From Leptospiraceae bacterium (GTDB lineage Bacteria > Spirochaetota > Leptospiria > Leptospirales > Leptonemataceae): a DNA stretch of 64,000 nucleotides. The notes beneath the pieces are model-generated. The model made no database searches. It was not told the DNA's origin and saw nothing but the letters and a program-made list of their open reading frames with translations. This document shows positions 9,430-19,448 of this stretch, piece by piece (position 1 is the stretch's first letter; each line of letters begins with the position of its first letter). The translations under genes and the position numbers were made by a program. The stretch spans positions 736,001 to 800,000 of the forward strand of contig JAVJNR010000003.1 of the NCBI GenBank assembly GCA_040217195.1. Direction: 5' to 3'.

Positions 9430-11103
9430 CTACTCTGCGATCAAAGCCTGAAATGGCTCCAGTCCAATTCGATTGCTGAAGTCTCCAAAGCTTTCGCCTT
9501 CTTTTCTATCCTTCTTCCATAAGGTGAACATTTCATCCACCAGAGATGGCAATCGCTCCACTGCCACGGTATCGGATATTTCCTGCACCAGACGGGTGCC
9601 TTCCGGGTTTCCACCCACATAAACTGCATAAATTCCTGCGCTTCGACCAACAAAGGCCAGCTCCGCCGAGTATGGTCGCGCGCAACCATTGGGACATCCT
9701 GTCATTCGCACAACCGGAGGTGAGTCTGTAAGTCCATGCTTGTCCAGGCTGCCCTGAATATCTGCCAGCAGATCCGGTAGGAACCTCTCCGCCTCGGCAA
9801 GAGCCAGGCCGCAGGTAGGTAATGCAGGACAGGCCAGAGCACGACTGTACACGGAGCCTTTAGGTGAAATAGCAAGCTGCTTATCTGCAAAGATAGCCTC
9901 AAACTTTTCCTTTGCACTCTGCGGAAGTCCCATAAACACCAGGTCCTGATCCGGAGTGATCTGAACTTCAGGCTGAAAGGTTTCAACAGCTTCTCGAATG
10001 GCCGATTTAATTGGCTCATTTTCTCGGTCAATAATCCGCCCGGAAAGGATGTGCAGCCCAAAACTCAAACTTCCATCTCTTCGCTCATGCCATCCGAGAT
10101 AGTCTACGAAATCCCAGGTAGGTTCATCGATTAAGTCCAGGGTAAAATCCAGATGTTTTTCTACTTCTGCGCGAAACCAGTCCAGACCGCGATCTTCCAG
10201 AAGGTATTTCAATCGGGCATGTTTTCTATCTTTGCGATCCCCATGTTCTTTTTGTACGGCGATGATCGCTTCGCATACAGGGATCATTCTTTCTACGGAG
10301 GACCAGCCCAGGTAGGAAGCCAATCTGGGATACGTTTTTGCATTTCGGTGGTTTTTCCCCAGGCCTCCACCAACATAATAATGATAACCGGTGATTTCAC
10401 CATTTTCGAACGTTGCTGCCAGGGCCAGATCGTTGGTGAATAGATCTATGGAATTATCGCCAGCGCGGGTCATGGCAATCTTGAACTTTCGCGGCAAATA
10501 GTTGGTTCCATAGATTGGATCCTCCTGCTCGCTCTGTGGATCCACTCTCTCTCCATCCAGCCAGATTTCTACGTATGCATTGGATTTAGCTGCAAAATGA
10601 TCTGAAATGAGATTGGAAGGCTCATCCAATTTTGCCAGCTCCGGATCCCCCAGTGGATTGGGAGCCTGGGTAACGTTTCGAACCACATCGCCGCAGGCAC
10701 AGATAGTACTGAGCATGGAGTCATGGATTCCTTTGATCAGGTCCTTCATCTTATGCTTCAATACTCCATGGTACTGAATACTCTGTCGTGTTGTGAGCCG
10801 GAGACCGCCATTTCCGTACAGATCTGCCAGCCTGTCGAATTCCAGGTACTGTTTGGCTGTCATTCGACCGCCGGGGATTCTTCCACGAATCATCATGGAA
10901 TAAGCTTTCTCCATGCCTCCGCCGCTGCGGCTTCGGGCATCCCTATCATCCTGCTGATAGATTCCATGAAACTTCAAAAGCTGGAGAGAATCCTGGTTAA
11001 AGTTCGGTGCATCATTGGCCAACTCTTCGGAAAGAGTGCCTCGCAGCCCCTGAGAGCTTTCCTTGATTTTTTCGACTTTTGATACCTGTGGTTTCTCGGA
11101 CAT
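9430..11103 (-). CDS. cysI: Assimilatory sulfite reductase hemoprotein (siroheme/4Fe-4S)
   Basis: KFHGIYQQDDRD, ACGDVVRN, YLPRKFK, ACPALPTCGLA, MTGCPNGC. Confidence 0.95.
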   Translation of the reverse strand: MSEKPQVSKVEKIKESSQGLRGTLSEELANDAPNFNQDSLQLLKFHGIYQQDDRDARSRSGGGMEKAYSMMIRGRIPGGRMTAKQYLEFDRLADLYGNGGLRLTTRQSIQYHGVLKHKMKDLIKGIHDSMLSTICACGDVVRNVTQAPNPLGDPELAKLDEPSNLISDHFAAKSNAYVEIWLDGERVDPQSEQEDPIYGTNYLPRKFKIAMTRAGDNSIDLFTNDLALAATFENGEITGYHYYVGGGLGKNHRNAKTYPRLASYLGWSSVERMIPVCEAIIAVQKEHGDRKDRKHARLKYLLEDRGLDWFRAEVEKHLDFTLDLIDEPTWDFVDYLGWHERRDGSLSFGLHILSGRIIDRENEPIKSAIREAVETFQPEVQITPDQDLVFMGLPQSAKEKFEAIFADKQLAISPKGSVYSRALACPALPTCGLALAEAERFLPDLLADIQGSLDKHGLTDSPPVVRMTGCPNGCARPYSAELAFVGRSAGIYAVYVGGNPEGTRLVQEISDTVAVERLPSLVDEMFTLWKKDRKEGESFGDFSNRIGLEPFQALIAE

Positions 11104-11175
11104 TCTTGCCTGCCTGTACTCCTGTTTTGTGACAGAGAAGTAATCCCATGGGCAAGATCAAGAAAAAAAGACAGT

Positions 11176-11198
11176 ATTCCTATCAAAAAAGTAGGAAT
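11176..11198. promoter_or_regulatory. Palindromic operator ATTCCTA-N9-TAGGAAT upstream of cysI
   Basis: Perfect 7-bp inverted repeat about 73 bp upstream of the cysI start; a near-identical copy precedes cysH. Confidence 0.7.
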
Positions 11199-11525
11199 TA
11201 AGCGGAATCCGCCTGAGCGGCCTTCTGAGTATACTATGAGGCTATTCTGAGGCTAATCTGAACAATGGGAAAATAGACAGGATGGAAAAATAGGAGCAGA
11301 AAGTTACCTCTTTGCCGGCAAAAGGGGCGGAGTAAATACTAAATTCCACGACTGAAGGGCCTGCTGGATCATCCTGTGGCAGGCTCGCAGACAGCGCGGC
11401 AGTCAGCATTGCAGAAGCGAGCCAGGGGTCGCTCGGTCCGGCAAAGTCCTATGTCCCTGCCCAGGAGGATCTGAATATTTTAGAACCAGGTGCGCTGAGA
11501 CCTGGACTGCGCATTCCATTCAGAT

Positions 11526-12635
11526 TCAAATTCTAAGTGGCACAGAGAAGGATACGATGACTCCGGTCAGAGAATACCTGAATCCGTCGCGGTTGAAGAT
11601 GGGCCCACCCAGAGCTACACGAATAGTAGCATACTCCCAGACATACTCTCCATGAAGAAAATAGGAAGGGACAAAATCCTCCCGGAAATCGACTTGAAGG
11701 TTGGCCAGACCTACCGCTCCCACAGCTTCCAGTGGAGTGAGCAATAGATCTCCAGGGGCCTGACCGCTGGTCAGGTAGTTAATCAGAAATAGCGTTGTAA
11801 TATCGGTTTTGATATCCCCTCGGGCCATCAAATAGGTTCCCATCCGTTCCAGGCCGCCCGGCTGCTGCAACCCAAGTAGTAGAGATCCGTACACAGGATC
11901 TCCTCGAGTAAAGTCGATGCTACCCTGCACAATGGTATTGAATTGCAGGTCCCGGGTCATTGTGGCTCGATCCTGGGAAAGAAAGAGAGGAGCCAGAGTC
12001 AAACCGCTATCCAGCGCCGCCGTACCCCTCAAGCGCACCACGGACGGTCCATACCCCAGACCAAAACGAAATCCTTCTTCCTCGCCATTTACGTTGTAAT
12101 ATACCACTGGAACCGTAAGTGCATAGTATCCCCTCATTCTGGTTCCCAGATCCTCAATGACAGTTTGAGACGATTCGCTTCCATCGTCGGCAGTAACCCT
12201 TTCCTGGTAACTTTGATACCCCAGATCAAAGCTTCGAGTATGAGCCAGTAAATGAACTCCCCAGTGTTGGGTAATTGGGTAGTCCCTGGATTTTATATCC
12301 AGCATCCAGTCCAGTTTGGTCCATGGGTTTTCATTTACAAGAGTTGCATTGCTTCCTGAACGATAACCCAGTCCGGAAATACTGACGTTGCTGGTTGATA
12401 CCAGAAAGCCAGGATTTAGCCGGACCCAGTAATCATCCATAACCTCTTTTCTTTTTGCTTCTCGTTCTTCCCGCTCCCGCTGTCTTCGTTCGGCATCTTC
12501 CTGCTTTTCGCGCTCAGTCTGTTCCGGCTCTTGAATCAAGGTTGGATCAAAGGCCTGAGCCGGGATAGCCGTGCTGCATAACAAACTAGAAGTGAGCACC
12601 GATAAAATGATAAGATTTTTATATCTGAATTGCAT
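11526..12635 (-). CDS. Exported hypothetical protein, possibly outer-membrane beta-stranded
   Basis: Signal peptide (PAQA), charged coil, amphipathic beta-strand-like segments at both ends. Confidence 0.6.
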   Translation of the reverse strand: MQFRYKNLIILSVLTSSLLCSTAIPAQAFDPTLIQEPEQTEREKQEDAERRQREREEREAKRKEVMDDYWVRLNPGFLVSTSNVSISGLGYRSGSNATLVNENPWTKLDWMLDIKSRDYPITQHWGVHLLAHTRSFDLGYQSYQERVTADDGSESSQTVIEDLGTRMRGYYALTVPVVYYNVNGEEEGFRFGLGYGPSVVRLRGTAALDSGLTLAPLFLSQDRATMTRDLQFNTIVQGSIDFTRGDPVYGSLLLGLQQPGGLERMGTYLMARGDIKTDITTLFLINYLTSGQAPGDLLLTPLEAVGAVGLANLQVDFREDFVPSYFLHGEYVWEYATIRVALGGPIFNRDGFRYSLTGVIVSFSVPLRI

Positions 12636-12722
12636 CCTGTCTAACTCCCTGCGCTTGTCTTACACGAAATGGCAGTCGATACTGCAAACCTTCTATTCCT
12701 GGGTTCTCAACCAGAGAAATGC

Positions 12723-13343
12723 CTAATCCGATTGCGGCTTCAACCGAAGACTTCCTCTCTGTCCCATACTTTCCGCCGCTGACACGATTGAAAGACTCAG
12801 ACTCAGTCGAGCTCTACCATATTGCCCATTCTGTTCGCGATAATTGAGCACCGGAAAAGCCACAGAACTATTCCAGGTTACTCTTTCCAGGTCCGCAAGA
12901 ATACGTACGGACTTTCTAGTTTGCGGATTTATGATCTGAATTGTGCTTCTGTGTATTTGCGTTTCCGTGTAGGGGATAACGGAGAAGGAAATCAGGGAAA
13001 GTATGACCCAGCCCATTCTCCAATCTTCCTCCTCGGTCCCTGTATCCACACTGCCATATTTTTCCAGTAATAATACAACATCGCAGGATAGCCCCTGTTG
13101 CTGCTCTCTCTGCACTTCCAGGTCAGCCCCAAGAGGTATCAACGTATGACCTCTTGCCTGTAATAGATTCACGACTTCGTAATGCCTGGTCATTCCCAGA
13201 GTGCAAACATTGAGCGAACGGACACTTCGCTCCGGGCTTTCCAGAAGAATACCTTCAGAGGACTCCACCCGCGGATAGTATATCGCCGAAGCACAACTTC
13301 CCAGAAACAATGCGAGAAGACAAAAGCAGCCGAACCGAATCAT
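12723..13343 (-). CDS. Hypothetical lipoprotein
   Basis: Lipobox LGSC; internal hydrophobic segment followed by VIPY; ATGA overlap with the upstream gene. Confidence 0.65.
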   Translation of the reverse strand: MIRFGCFCLLALFLGSCASAIYYPRVESSEGILLESPERSVRSLNVCTLGMTRHYEVVNLLQARGHTLIPLGADLEVQREQQQGLSCDVVLLLEKYGSVDTGTEEEDWRMGWVILSLISFSVIPYTETQIHRSTIQIINPQTRKSVRILADLERVTWNSSVAFPVLNYREQNGQYGRARLSLSLSIVSAAESMGQRGSLRLKPQSD

Positions 13344-14095
13344 GGAGTACGCCCCTGAAAATTGTGGGGCAACTGGTATTGGAAATCCAGGCCCTCCAGT
13401 AAATCATTGTTATCCTGACTATAGCGAACCCTTCTATCAAACCGGATTTCCCACTCAGAGCCGTAGCTGAGCCTCAATGGATAAGATCCATCGGGTACGG
13501 CGCAGGTAATTCGGGCCCTGGTCTTCCTTTCTGGCCACAACCAGAGAGCCGGTCCCTCATGGGGCAATGTTCCAGGTCCTGCCGGCGCATAACCGAACCG
13601 ACAGCGGCCAAGCCAGATTCCATCCTTAAGATGGGTTTCCACCATAAAATCGGATTGGGCCAGATCATCCATCCCCAGCTCCAGCCGCAAAAGACCAACT
13701 GTTGATTGAAATTTTTCATAATTGATCTGGGCTTTTTCTTCAGGCTTCGCACGAGACAGGCCTGTATCGCGCATCATAGTGATAAATTCCGATCTCATAT
13801 TCTGGTCATTGGTGCTACAGTTGAAGATACGTAAGCCATTACCCAGATGCTCCAGTTCGAGATGAATATGAAGCTGATGCTGACCAAAGTAATGGTAATC
13901 CCTGTGATAAAGCTCCTCGGCGCCCAGAAGCCGGGCCCTGAAGGATTGACCGCTCCATTCGCGTTCTGCGGGGACATAAAGTCGGCCTGTGCGATGTATG
14001 CCACTGGCCGTGGGCGAGCAACTTACCAGGACTGTTCCCAGCATCAGAATTACAGCCATGAAACCAGGGTGTCTTGTTAGGGGAGCTACATGCAT
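13340..14095 (-). CDS. Hypothetical lipoprotein
   Basis: Lipobox LVSC; AGAGG RBS; coupled to the downstream ORF. Confidence 0.6.
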   Translation of the reverse strand: MHVAPLTRHPGFMAVILMLGTVLVSCSPTASGIHRTGRLYVPAEREWSGQSFRARLLGAEELYHRDYHYFGQHQLHIHLELEHLGNGLRIFNCSTNDQNMRSEFITMMRDTGLSRAKPEEKAQINYEKFQSTVGLLRLELGMDDLAQSDFMVETHLKDGIWLGRCRFGYAPAGPGTLPHEGPALWLWPERKTRARITCAVPDGSYPLRLSYGSEWEIRFDRRVRYSQDNNDLLEGLDFQYQLPHNFQGRTP

Positions 14096-14286
14096 TTATA
14101 CCTCTCTTAGATCGCCAGCTCCCGGGCGCGAAAACCATAGATACATTCCAGCAATCGGTGAGCTATTTGAAAAACCCGGATGAAAGCGAAACGGAGCGCA
14201 ACGTACGTAGGCCCCTGGTTAATAAAAGTATGAGACGGGTAAGCGAAAGGTTGATTAGTGATATTGTTGGCCCGGTGCACCAAACA

Positions 14287-14312
14287 CAAAAGGGGGCCTT
14301 CACCCCCTTTTG
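14287..14312. terminator. Intrinsic terminator downstream of the ferredoxin (bidirectional form)
   Basis: CAAAAGGGGG-CCTTCA-CCCCCTTTTG. Confidence 0.75.
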
Positions 14313-14339
14313 TCCAGAAAAATAGCTTACTTAGTTGGT

Positions 14340-14621
14340 CTATAGACCGTAGTATTCATAGTTTTTCTTGATATAGGATTCCCATTTTTCCGGTACTTCA
14401 TCCTCCGGAAAAATGGCCTGCACTGGACAGGCTGGTTCGCATGCTCCGCAATCGATACATTCTTCTGGATTGATGTAGAGCATTTTACCTTCCAGTTTGC
14501 CCTCTTCGTAGCCTTTTGCGGGCCACTCCTCTTTCGTAGGGTGAATGCAGTCCACAGGACATACGTTCACGCAGGAAGTATCACATACTCCCTCACAGGG
14601 CTCGGTAATAATAAATGCCAT
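14340..14621 (-). CDS. Dicluster (7Fe/8Fe) ferredoxin
   Basis: MAFIITEPC..CDTSCVNVCPVDCI and ECIDCGACEPACP; AGGAGG RBS. Confidence 0.95.
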   Translation of the reverse strand: MAFIITEPCEGVCDTSCVNVCPVDCIHPTKEEWPAKGYEEGKLEGKMLYINPEECIDCGACEPACPVQAIFPEDEVPEKWESYIKKNYEYYGL

Positions 14622-14739
14622 ATTTTCCTCCTGGATATGGTCTTCTGACCAAACAGAAACTCCAGGGTCAAATTAGTGGTGCCCATCCAATTTTTCCACC
14701 ACAATCAAACCGGGACCTGCAAAAACGAAATTCCGGAAT

Positions 14740-16275
14740 TCAGCCGGCCCGGCCGGCCATCCTATCCTCCCTGGGGGACAATGGCTCCAGGGTTACCAGG
14801 TCTTGCCTCACTAGATTGTAAGCATTTAAATCCAGATTCCTGGTTGCCTGGCGGAAAGATAAAGTAGACCCGGGCCACAATACTCGGTTCTCCCCTTTTT
14901 CATTCAGATACCAGCTTATACAACCGCTGGTCCATTTGGTATTTTTCATCCTTTCCTGAATGGTCTTATTGAATGTCCGGTCATGTTCGCTCCTAACATC
15001 CAGATAATGATCCGGATATTTGCGAAGGGTCTTCAGATAGTCCGCCAGATAATTGGACTGAGATTCCATCATATGTACCATGGAGTTGTGTCCCAGGCCA
15101 GTATTTGGGCCCAGAAAGAATAGTAGATTGGGAAAGCCTGTGATAGTCGTTCCCAGATAAGCATGCATCCCATTGAGAGACCAGTATTCCTTTAAGCTCT
15201 GTCCACCAGGTCCTAGAATATCCAGATCCAGGTTCCGATGCATGTTCGCCACATGAAATCCGGTGCAAAAGATTAGTGCATCTGCCCGAGCCCGTTCGCC
15301 ATTGCTGGCGATCACCTGATTGCCTTCAATTCGAGCTACTGATGAGTCTATTACCCGGGCATGGTCTGTGGCAAGAGCCGGATAATAATCATCAGACAAT
15401 AGAACTCTCTTGCAGCCTATTCGATAATCCGGAGTGAGCTTTTGAATGAGCTCTGGATCCCGAATGGCTTTCTTTATATGTCTGAGAGCCACCCGCCTCG
15501 CCAGATGATTCAGAGTTTCGCTTCCATAGATAACTGGACCGGCAATAAGTTCATTGTAAGCGTAGATCTTCAAACGATGGAGCTTCTGAAGCAATGGAAA
15601 GAGATCAAACAATCCCTGCAGTAAGGATCCCACCGGTTTGTCCTTTCGGGGAGTAACATAGGCCGCTGTCCGCTGAAATAGATTCAGCTCCTTCACTTCA
15701 TCAATTATTCCTGGAACTACCTGTATGGCGCTGGCCCCGGTTCCCACCACAGCCACTCTCTTTCCTCGCAGGTCTACATCATGATTCCAGCGAGCGGAAT
15801 GAAAGACCGGACCCGGGAATTCTCTTAATCCGGGTATATCAGGTATAGAAGGGCGATTCAACGGGCCTATGGCCAGAACCAGAATTCGAGCTTCCAGTTC
15901 CATCCCCTTAGTTTTGATTTTCCAGCGGCCGGAAACGGAGTCGAATCTAGCTTCTTGCACTGCGCTGTTAAAACGAATATGCTGCCTTAGCCCCAGATTT
16001 CTGGAACAGTCCTGCAAGTACTCCAGTATTTCAGGCTGGGTGGCATATAATCGTGACCAGTTACTCCTTGGTGCAAAGGAATAAGAATATAGATTGGATT
16101 TCACGTCGCAGGCGCAACCCGGATAGGTATTTTCTCTCCAGGTGCCACCCACTTCATCTGCCTTTTCCAGAATCAGAAACGATTCGCATCCTTCTCTTTT
16201 CAACCGCGCTGCAGCAGCCATCCCGGAAAACCCGGCACCTACAATGATTACTTCCAGAACATTCTCACTCTGCAT
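14740..16275 (-). CDS. Flavin-containing Baeyer-Villiger-type monooxygenase
   Basis: GAGFSG, GGTWRENTYPG, FxGxxxHSARW fingerprint, GTGASAIQ. Start at ATG 16275 with a GAGGTG RBS. Confidence 0.92.
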   Translation of the reverse strand: MQSENVLEVIIVGAGFSGMAAAARLKREGCESFLILEKADEVGGTWRENTYPGCACDVKSNLYSYSFAPRSNWSRLYATQPEILEYLQDCSRNLGLRQHIRFNSAVQEARFDSVSGRWKIKTKGMELEARILVLAIGPLNRPSIPDIPGLREFPGPVFHSARWNHDVDLRGKRVAVVGTGASAIQVVPGIIDEVKELNLFQRTAAYVTPRKDKPVGSLLQGLFDLFPLLQKLHRLKIYAYNELIAGPVIYGSETLNHLARRVALRHIKKAIRDPELIQKLTPDYRIGCKRVLLSDDYYPALATDHARVIDSSVARIEGNQVIASNGERARADALIFCTGFHVANMHRNLDLDILGPGGQSLKEYWSLNGMHAYLGTTITGFPNLLFFLGPNTGLGHNSMVHMMESQSNYLADYLKTLRKYPDHYLDVRSEHDRTFNKTIQERMKNTKWTSGCISWYLNEKGENRVLWPGSTLSFRQATRNLDLNAYNLVRQDLVTLEPLSPREDRMAGRAG

Positions 16276-16345
16276 CCGATCCACCTCATAGTTGAATTCT
16301 TTTTTCAAACCATGTGAAGTATAGATCAAACACGGGTGTTAAACA

Positions 16346-16383
16346 ACCGGTCTTATAATACAGTCCCTGCATCTTATAAGTCC
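16346..16383. promoter_or_regulatory. Candidate AraC-family binding site (GGWCTTATAA inverted pair)
   Basis: ACCGGTCTTATAATA at 16346 and inverted TCTTATAAGTCC at 16372, between the divergent monooxygenase and AraC genes; matching copy at 18697. Confidence 0.5.
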
Positions 16384-16433
16384 TACCGAAAAAGACTTGT
16401 GCCCGTGCTTCAGAAAATACCTCATCTAGCGAG

Positions 16434-17561
16434 ATGGAGCTGCTCAATACTATAAGCCTGCAGTTCATATACTTTGGAGCCGGGCTTTCTGTCCTGATGG
16501 TAATTGGACAGCTATACTATAGTCGCCAGGAAGAAGCAGCGCCCTCCAATCCCTATCTGAGTCTTATTGGAATTACGGCCTTTTCTATTCTGACTCGTAT
16601 AGCACTCTACCTGGAGCAATTTGGACCGAACAGCTGGTGGTATTTCACCCTCTTTGCTTTCGTCTTCGCCAGTGGCCCTCTATTGATGCAAATGGCCCGA
16701 CGGATGATCGATGCAGCGTTTGATGGAGATCCACCTAAGCCGGCCAGAAATCCCTGGTTTCGCAGTAAATGGTATTTTGCCCCTCTACTGCCGGTTCTGG
16801 GCGTGGAGCTACACTTTCAGCTTCAGCCCGCAGACGATAAGAATGCCATACTGAAAACCATTTATACGGAACTGGGCGCAAACAGTGTTGATATAGGTCT
16901 TATACTGGGAATTCTGCAGACCATACTCTGCCTTGCTTTGCTCACATATTTCGTTTATCGAACGGGAAAGGAGTACAACCTGAGCGATACAACAAGAGCC
17001 CTGAGTATTTTTATTCTACCGTTACTGGCTTCCATTTCTCTTCTGGCTGGCTATTCGCTTAAGATTCTCTGGGCCGTGCACATGGGAGGATGGCTCATAT
17101 CGCTGACCATTGTTCTATCCTTTCTCTATATGCTTCGGTACCCGAACTTCTTTCAATCCATGAAGCGAGAAATCCAGAAAGAAAGATATGCCAGAACTCA
17201 GTTAACCGGACTGGATGTGCCCAGAGTTCTAAAACAGCTGGAAAGTCTCATGGAGAATCAGAAGTTATTTCTGGATCCTGATCTTAGGTTGTCGGATCTG
17301 GCAGATGAACTGGAAATGTCATCGCATCAGCTTTCCAGGATCCTCAACGAAACCTTCAGTCAGAATTTCAATGCATTCATAAACTCTTACAGAATTGCAG
17401 AAGCCAGAGAACAACTCATTCAGGAGCCGGAAAAAACCGTTCTGGCCATTGCATTCGATGTGGGCTTCAATACCAAATCGGCCTTCAATGATCAGTTCTC
17501 AAGAATTACAGGGATGACTCCTGCAAGATTCAGAAAGAAGCAATCGAAAACCAAGCATTAG
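16434..17561 (+). CDS. Membrane-anchored AraC-family transcriptional regulator
   Basis: About 7 TM helices, then LFLDPDLRLSDLA..HQLSRILN..NFNAFIN.YRI..IAFDVGFNTKSAFN..TGMTP. Confidence 0.92.
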   Translation: MELLNTISLQFIYFGAGLSVLMVIGQLYYSRQEEAAPSNPYLSLIGITAFSILTRIALYLEQFGPNSWWYFTLFAFVFASGPLLMQMARRMIDAAFDGDPPKPARNPWFRSKWYFAPLLPVLGVELHFQLQPADDKNAILKTIYTELGANSVDIGLILGILQTILCLALLTYFVYRTGKEYNLSDTTRALSIFILPLLASISLLAGYSLKILWAVHMGGWLISLTIVLSFLYMLRYPNFFQSMKREIQKERYARTQLTGLDVPRVLKQLESLMENQKLFLDPDLRLSDLADELEMSSHQLSRILNETFSQNFNAFINSYRIAEAREQLIQEPEKTVLAIAFDVGFNTKSAFNDQFSRITGMTPARFRKKQSKTKH

Positions 17562-17750
17562 CGTAAAGCGAACGACCACTGATAGCCCGGCATTAATAAA
17601 TCCTAAATCGAGAAGTGATAGGCTCTGGAAATCTTCGCTGCAGATCCGGGCATTAGAAAATGCATCCCGTGCCGGTTCGAGATGAACCGGGATGCTTCAA
17701 AGTTTCATGACCGAAAGACAGATAAACAGATTCTATGATACAGCAGAATT

Positions 17751-18626
17751 CTAAGCCGCCGCTTCTTCAGACACAGGAAGACCCTGATCTCGAAGTTTCT
17801 GGGCTGCTATCATTCGATTTTTATGATCATCTGGATGGAAACCTGGTCGCAAATAGTCCATTAATCTAAGTGGCAGGGCCAGAAAGAATCGATACCCTCC
17901 GCGACGCATAAAGCGAATAAAATCTCGATGGAAGCTCCAATAGTTTGCATTTGGATCATGCTTTACCATGAAGCGTGTGCCTCGGGCTGTAAAACTGAGC
18001 AATTGAACGGTTGCCATCATAAAGCCAGCAATCCTTTTGAAATATCCAGGACTCACATCTTGCATTACATCGTATGCTACAGATTTATGCTCAATTTCCT
18101 CGCAAGCATGCCAGTACAGAAGATCTCTCATATCCTGCGGCATTTCATATTCGAGCACTCCGGAATCGAAAACTGCCTGAGCCAGAGTAGCTGTATAATG
18201 CTCCAGAGCCACTGTATTGGCCAGAGATAACCAGGGACCAATACGGCGATTAACAAAACCTTCCAGTCTTTGATAGGCGCTCTGCCTGTAGGCATTCAGG
18301 AAATCATCCACCGGAAATCCCTGCTTTCGCAAAGTGTCCCAGGCCCTTTCATGGGCTACACCATGTTGAATCTCCTGGGCCATGAAGAGTCTGACCTGTT
18401 TTTTAAGCTCCGGATCCTGTATCTGTTTTCGATAGTGATTTACGCTTCGAATAAAGAATCTTTCCCCATCTGGAAAGATCAGATGCAAACTGTTGAGTAC
18501 GTGAGTGGCTGCGATGTTGCCTGCAAACCAGTGCCTGTCCATGGCACCTCCGCCATAGGGAACTCGCCTTTCTCTTATCTCCACCTGCCGGGTTCTTTCT
18601 TTGCTGGATCGTTTAAACAAATTCAT
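17751..18626 (-). CDS. Predicted metal-dependent hydrolase (ferritin-like fold family)
   Basis: FPDGERFFIRSV, QEIQH, LEHYTA, WHACEEIEHKSVAYD, YLRPGFHP. Confidence 0.88.
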   Translation of the reverse strand: MNLFKRSSKERTRQVEIRERRVPYGGGAMDRHWFAGNIAATHVLNSLHLIFPDGERFFIRSVNHYRKQIQDPELKKQVRLFMAQEIQHGVAHERAWDTLRKQGFPVDDFLNAYRQSAYQRLEGFVNRRIGPWLSLANTVALEHYTATLAQAVFDSGVLEYEMPQDMRDLLYWHACEEIEHKSVAYDVMQDVSPGYFKRIAGFMMATVQLLSFTARGTRFMVKHDPNANYWSFHRDFIRFMRRGGYRFFLALPLRLMDYLRPGFHPDDHKNRMIAAQKLRDQGLPVSEEAAA

Positions 18627-18696
18627 AATTCCTCCCTTCGGATCTAATCCAAATGGCTGTTAGAGGCAATTATGCACTGAATCCGAAGAAACTGCG

Positions 18697-18711
18697 ACCG
18701 GACTTATAAGA
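18697..18711. promoter_or_regulatory. Candidate AraC-family binding site, second copy
   Basis: ACCGGACTTATAAGA, 13/15 identical to the 16346 copy and at the same 71-bp distance from its ATG. Confidence 0.5.
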
Positions 18712-18757
18712 AATGGGTCTGAATCCGAGGATTTCGGACTTCTGCAAAAGAGAAGAA

Positions 18758-19324
18758 TCAGCCCAGATGATCTGAAACCATTCGATTAAAGCGTTCCAGG
18801 TAATAGGAGTCCGTGGTATCGAATCGGCCCTCTTCAGGACTATCAATATCCAGTACCCCGATGGGCCGGGCAGACACATGGGTGGTTTCTGGCGCAGGAG
18901 GCGGTGTACCAGGAGCGAATAAAGGAATTACCATTTCGGATTTACTGGCCGGATCACAGGTAATATGGCCCGGGAATCGATTCACATCGTCCACGATTAC
19001 CGGCTTCCTTCTTTCGAATGCGGATCCGCATACACCCTTGCCCGGCTCAATGACAGTGCAGGCCGGCATCCCCTGGAATGGACCCAGGCATAGTTTTTCA
19101 CCATCCCAGAGATAGAAACCACACCAGTTCACATCCGAAAGAAACCAGTTTAAAAGAGCTATAGAGTTTGTAAGGGTTGCCAGGGATTGAGGACCATACA
19201 GCCGAGATTCGAAGAAGCTATTCGGGTCGGTATCAGCCGGTTTCTCAAGCAAGGCATCCAGGGCTTTGAGAAGTTCCTCATAGTCAGACCTGGTATTCTG
19301 AGTTTTTCGAAATGGCTGAAACAT
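18758..19324 (-). CDS. msrC: GAF-domain free methionine-(R)-sulfoxide reductase
   Basis: NWCGFY, LGPFQGMPAC, GKGVCG, FPGHITCD, SEMVIP, GVLDIDSP. Confidence 0.88.
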   Translation of the reverse strand: MFQPFRKTQNTRSDYEELLKALDALLEKPADTDPNSFFESRLYGPQSLATLTNSIALLNWFLSDVNWCGFYLWDGEKLCLGPFQGMPACTVIEPGKGVCGSAFERRKPVIVDDVNRFPGHITCDPASKSEMVIPLFAPGTPPPAPETTHVSARPIGVLDIDSPEEGRFDTTDSYYLERFNRMVSDHLG

Positions 19325-19448
19325 CCAGGCACTCTGCTAATGCAAAACCTATTAGTCCATGCAATTCCAGAAGCAAAAAGAAGGGCCGCCTGATTAAGGC
19401 AGCCCCGACAACCCGGCTCATTGGCCGGTTCTGATACTCATTCTAAGA

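Noticed and set aside
11330..11525. Cobalamin or SAM riboswitch upstream of the cys operon
   Set aside because: GC-rich, but I could not find the conserved core motifs on either strand.
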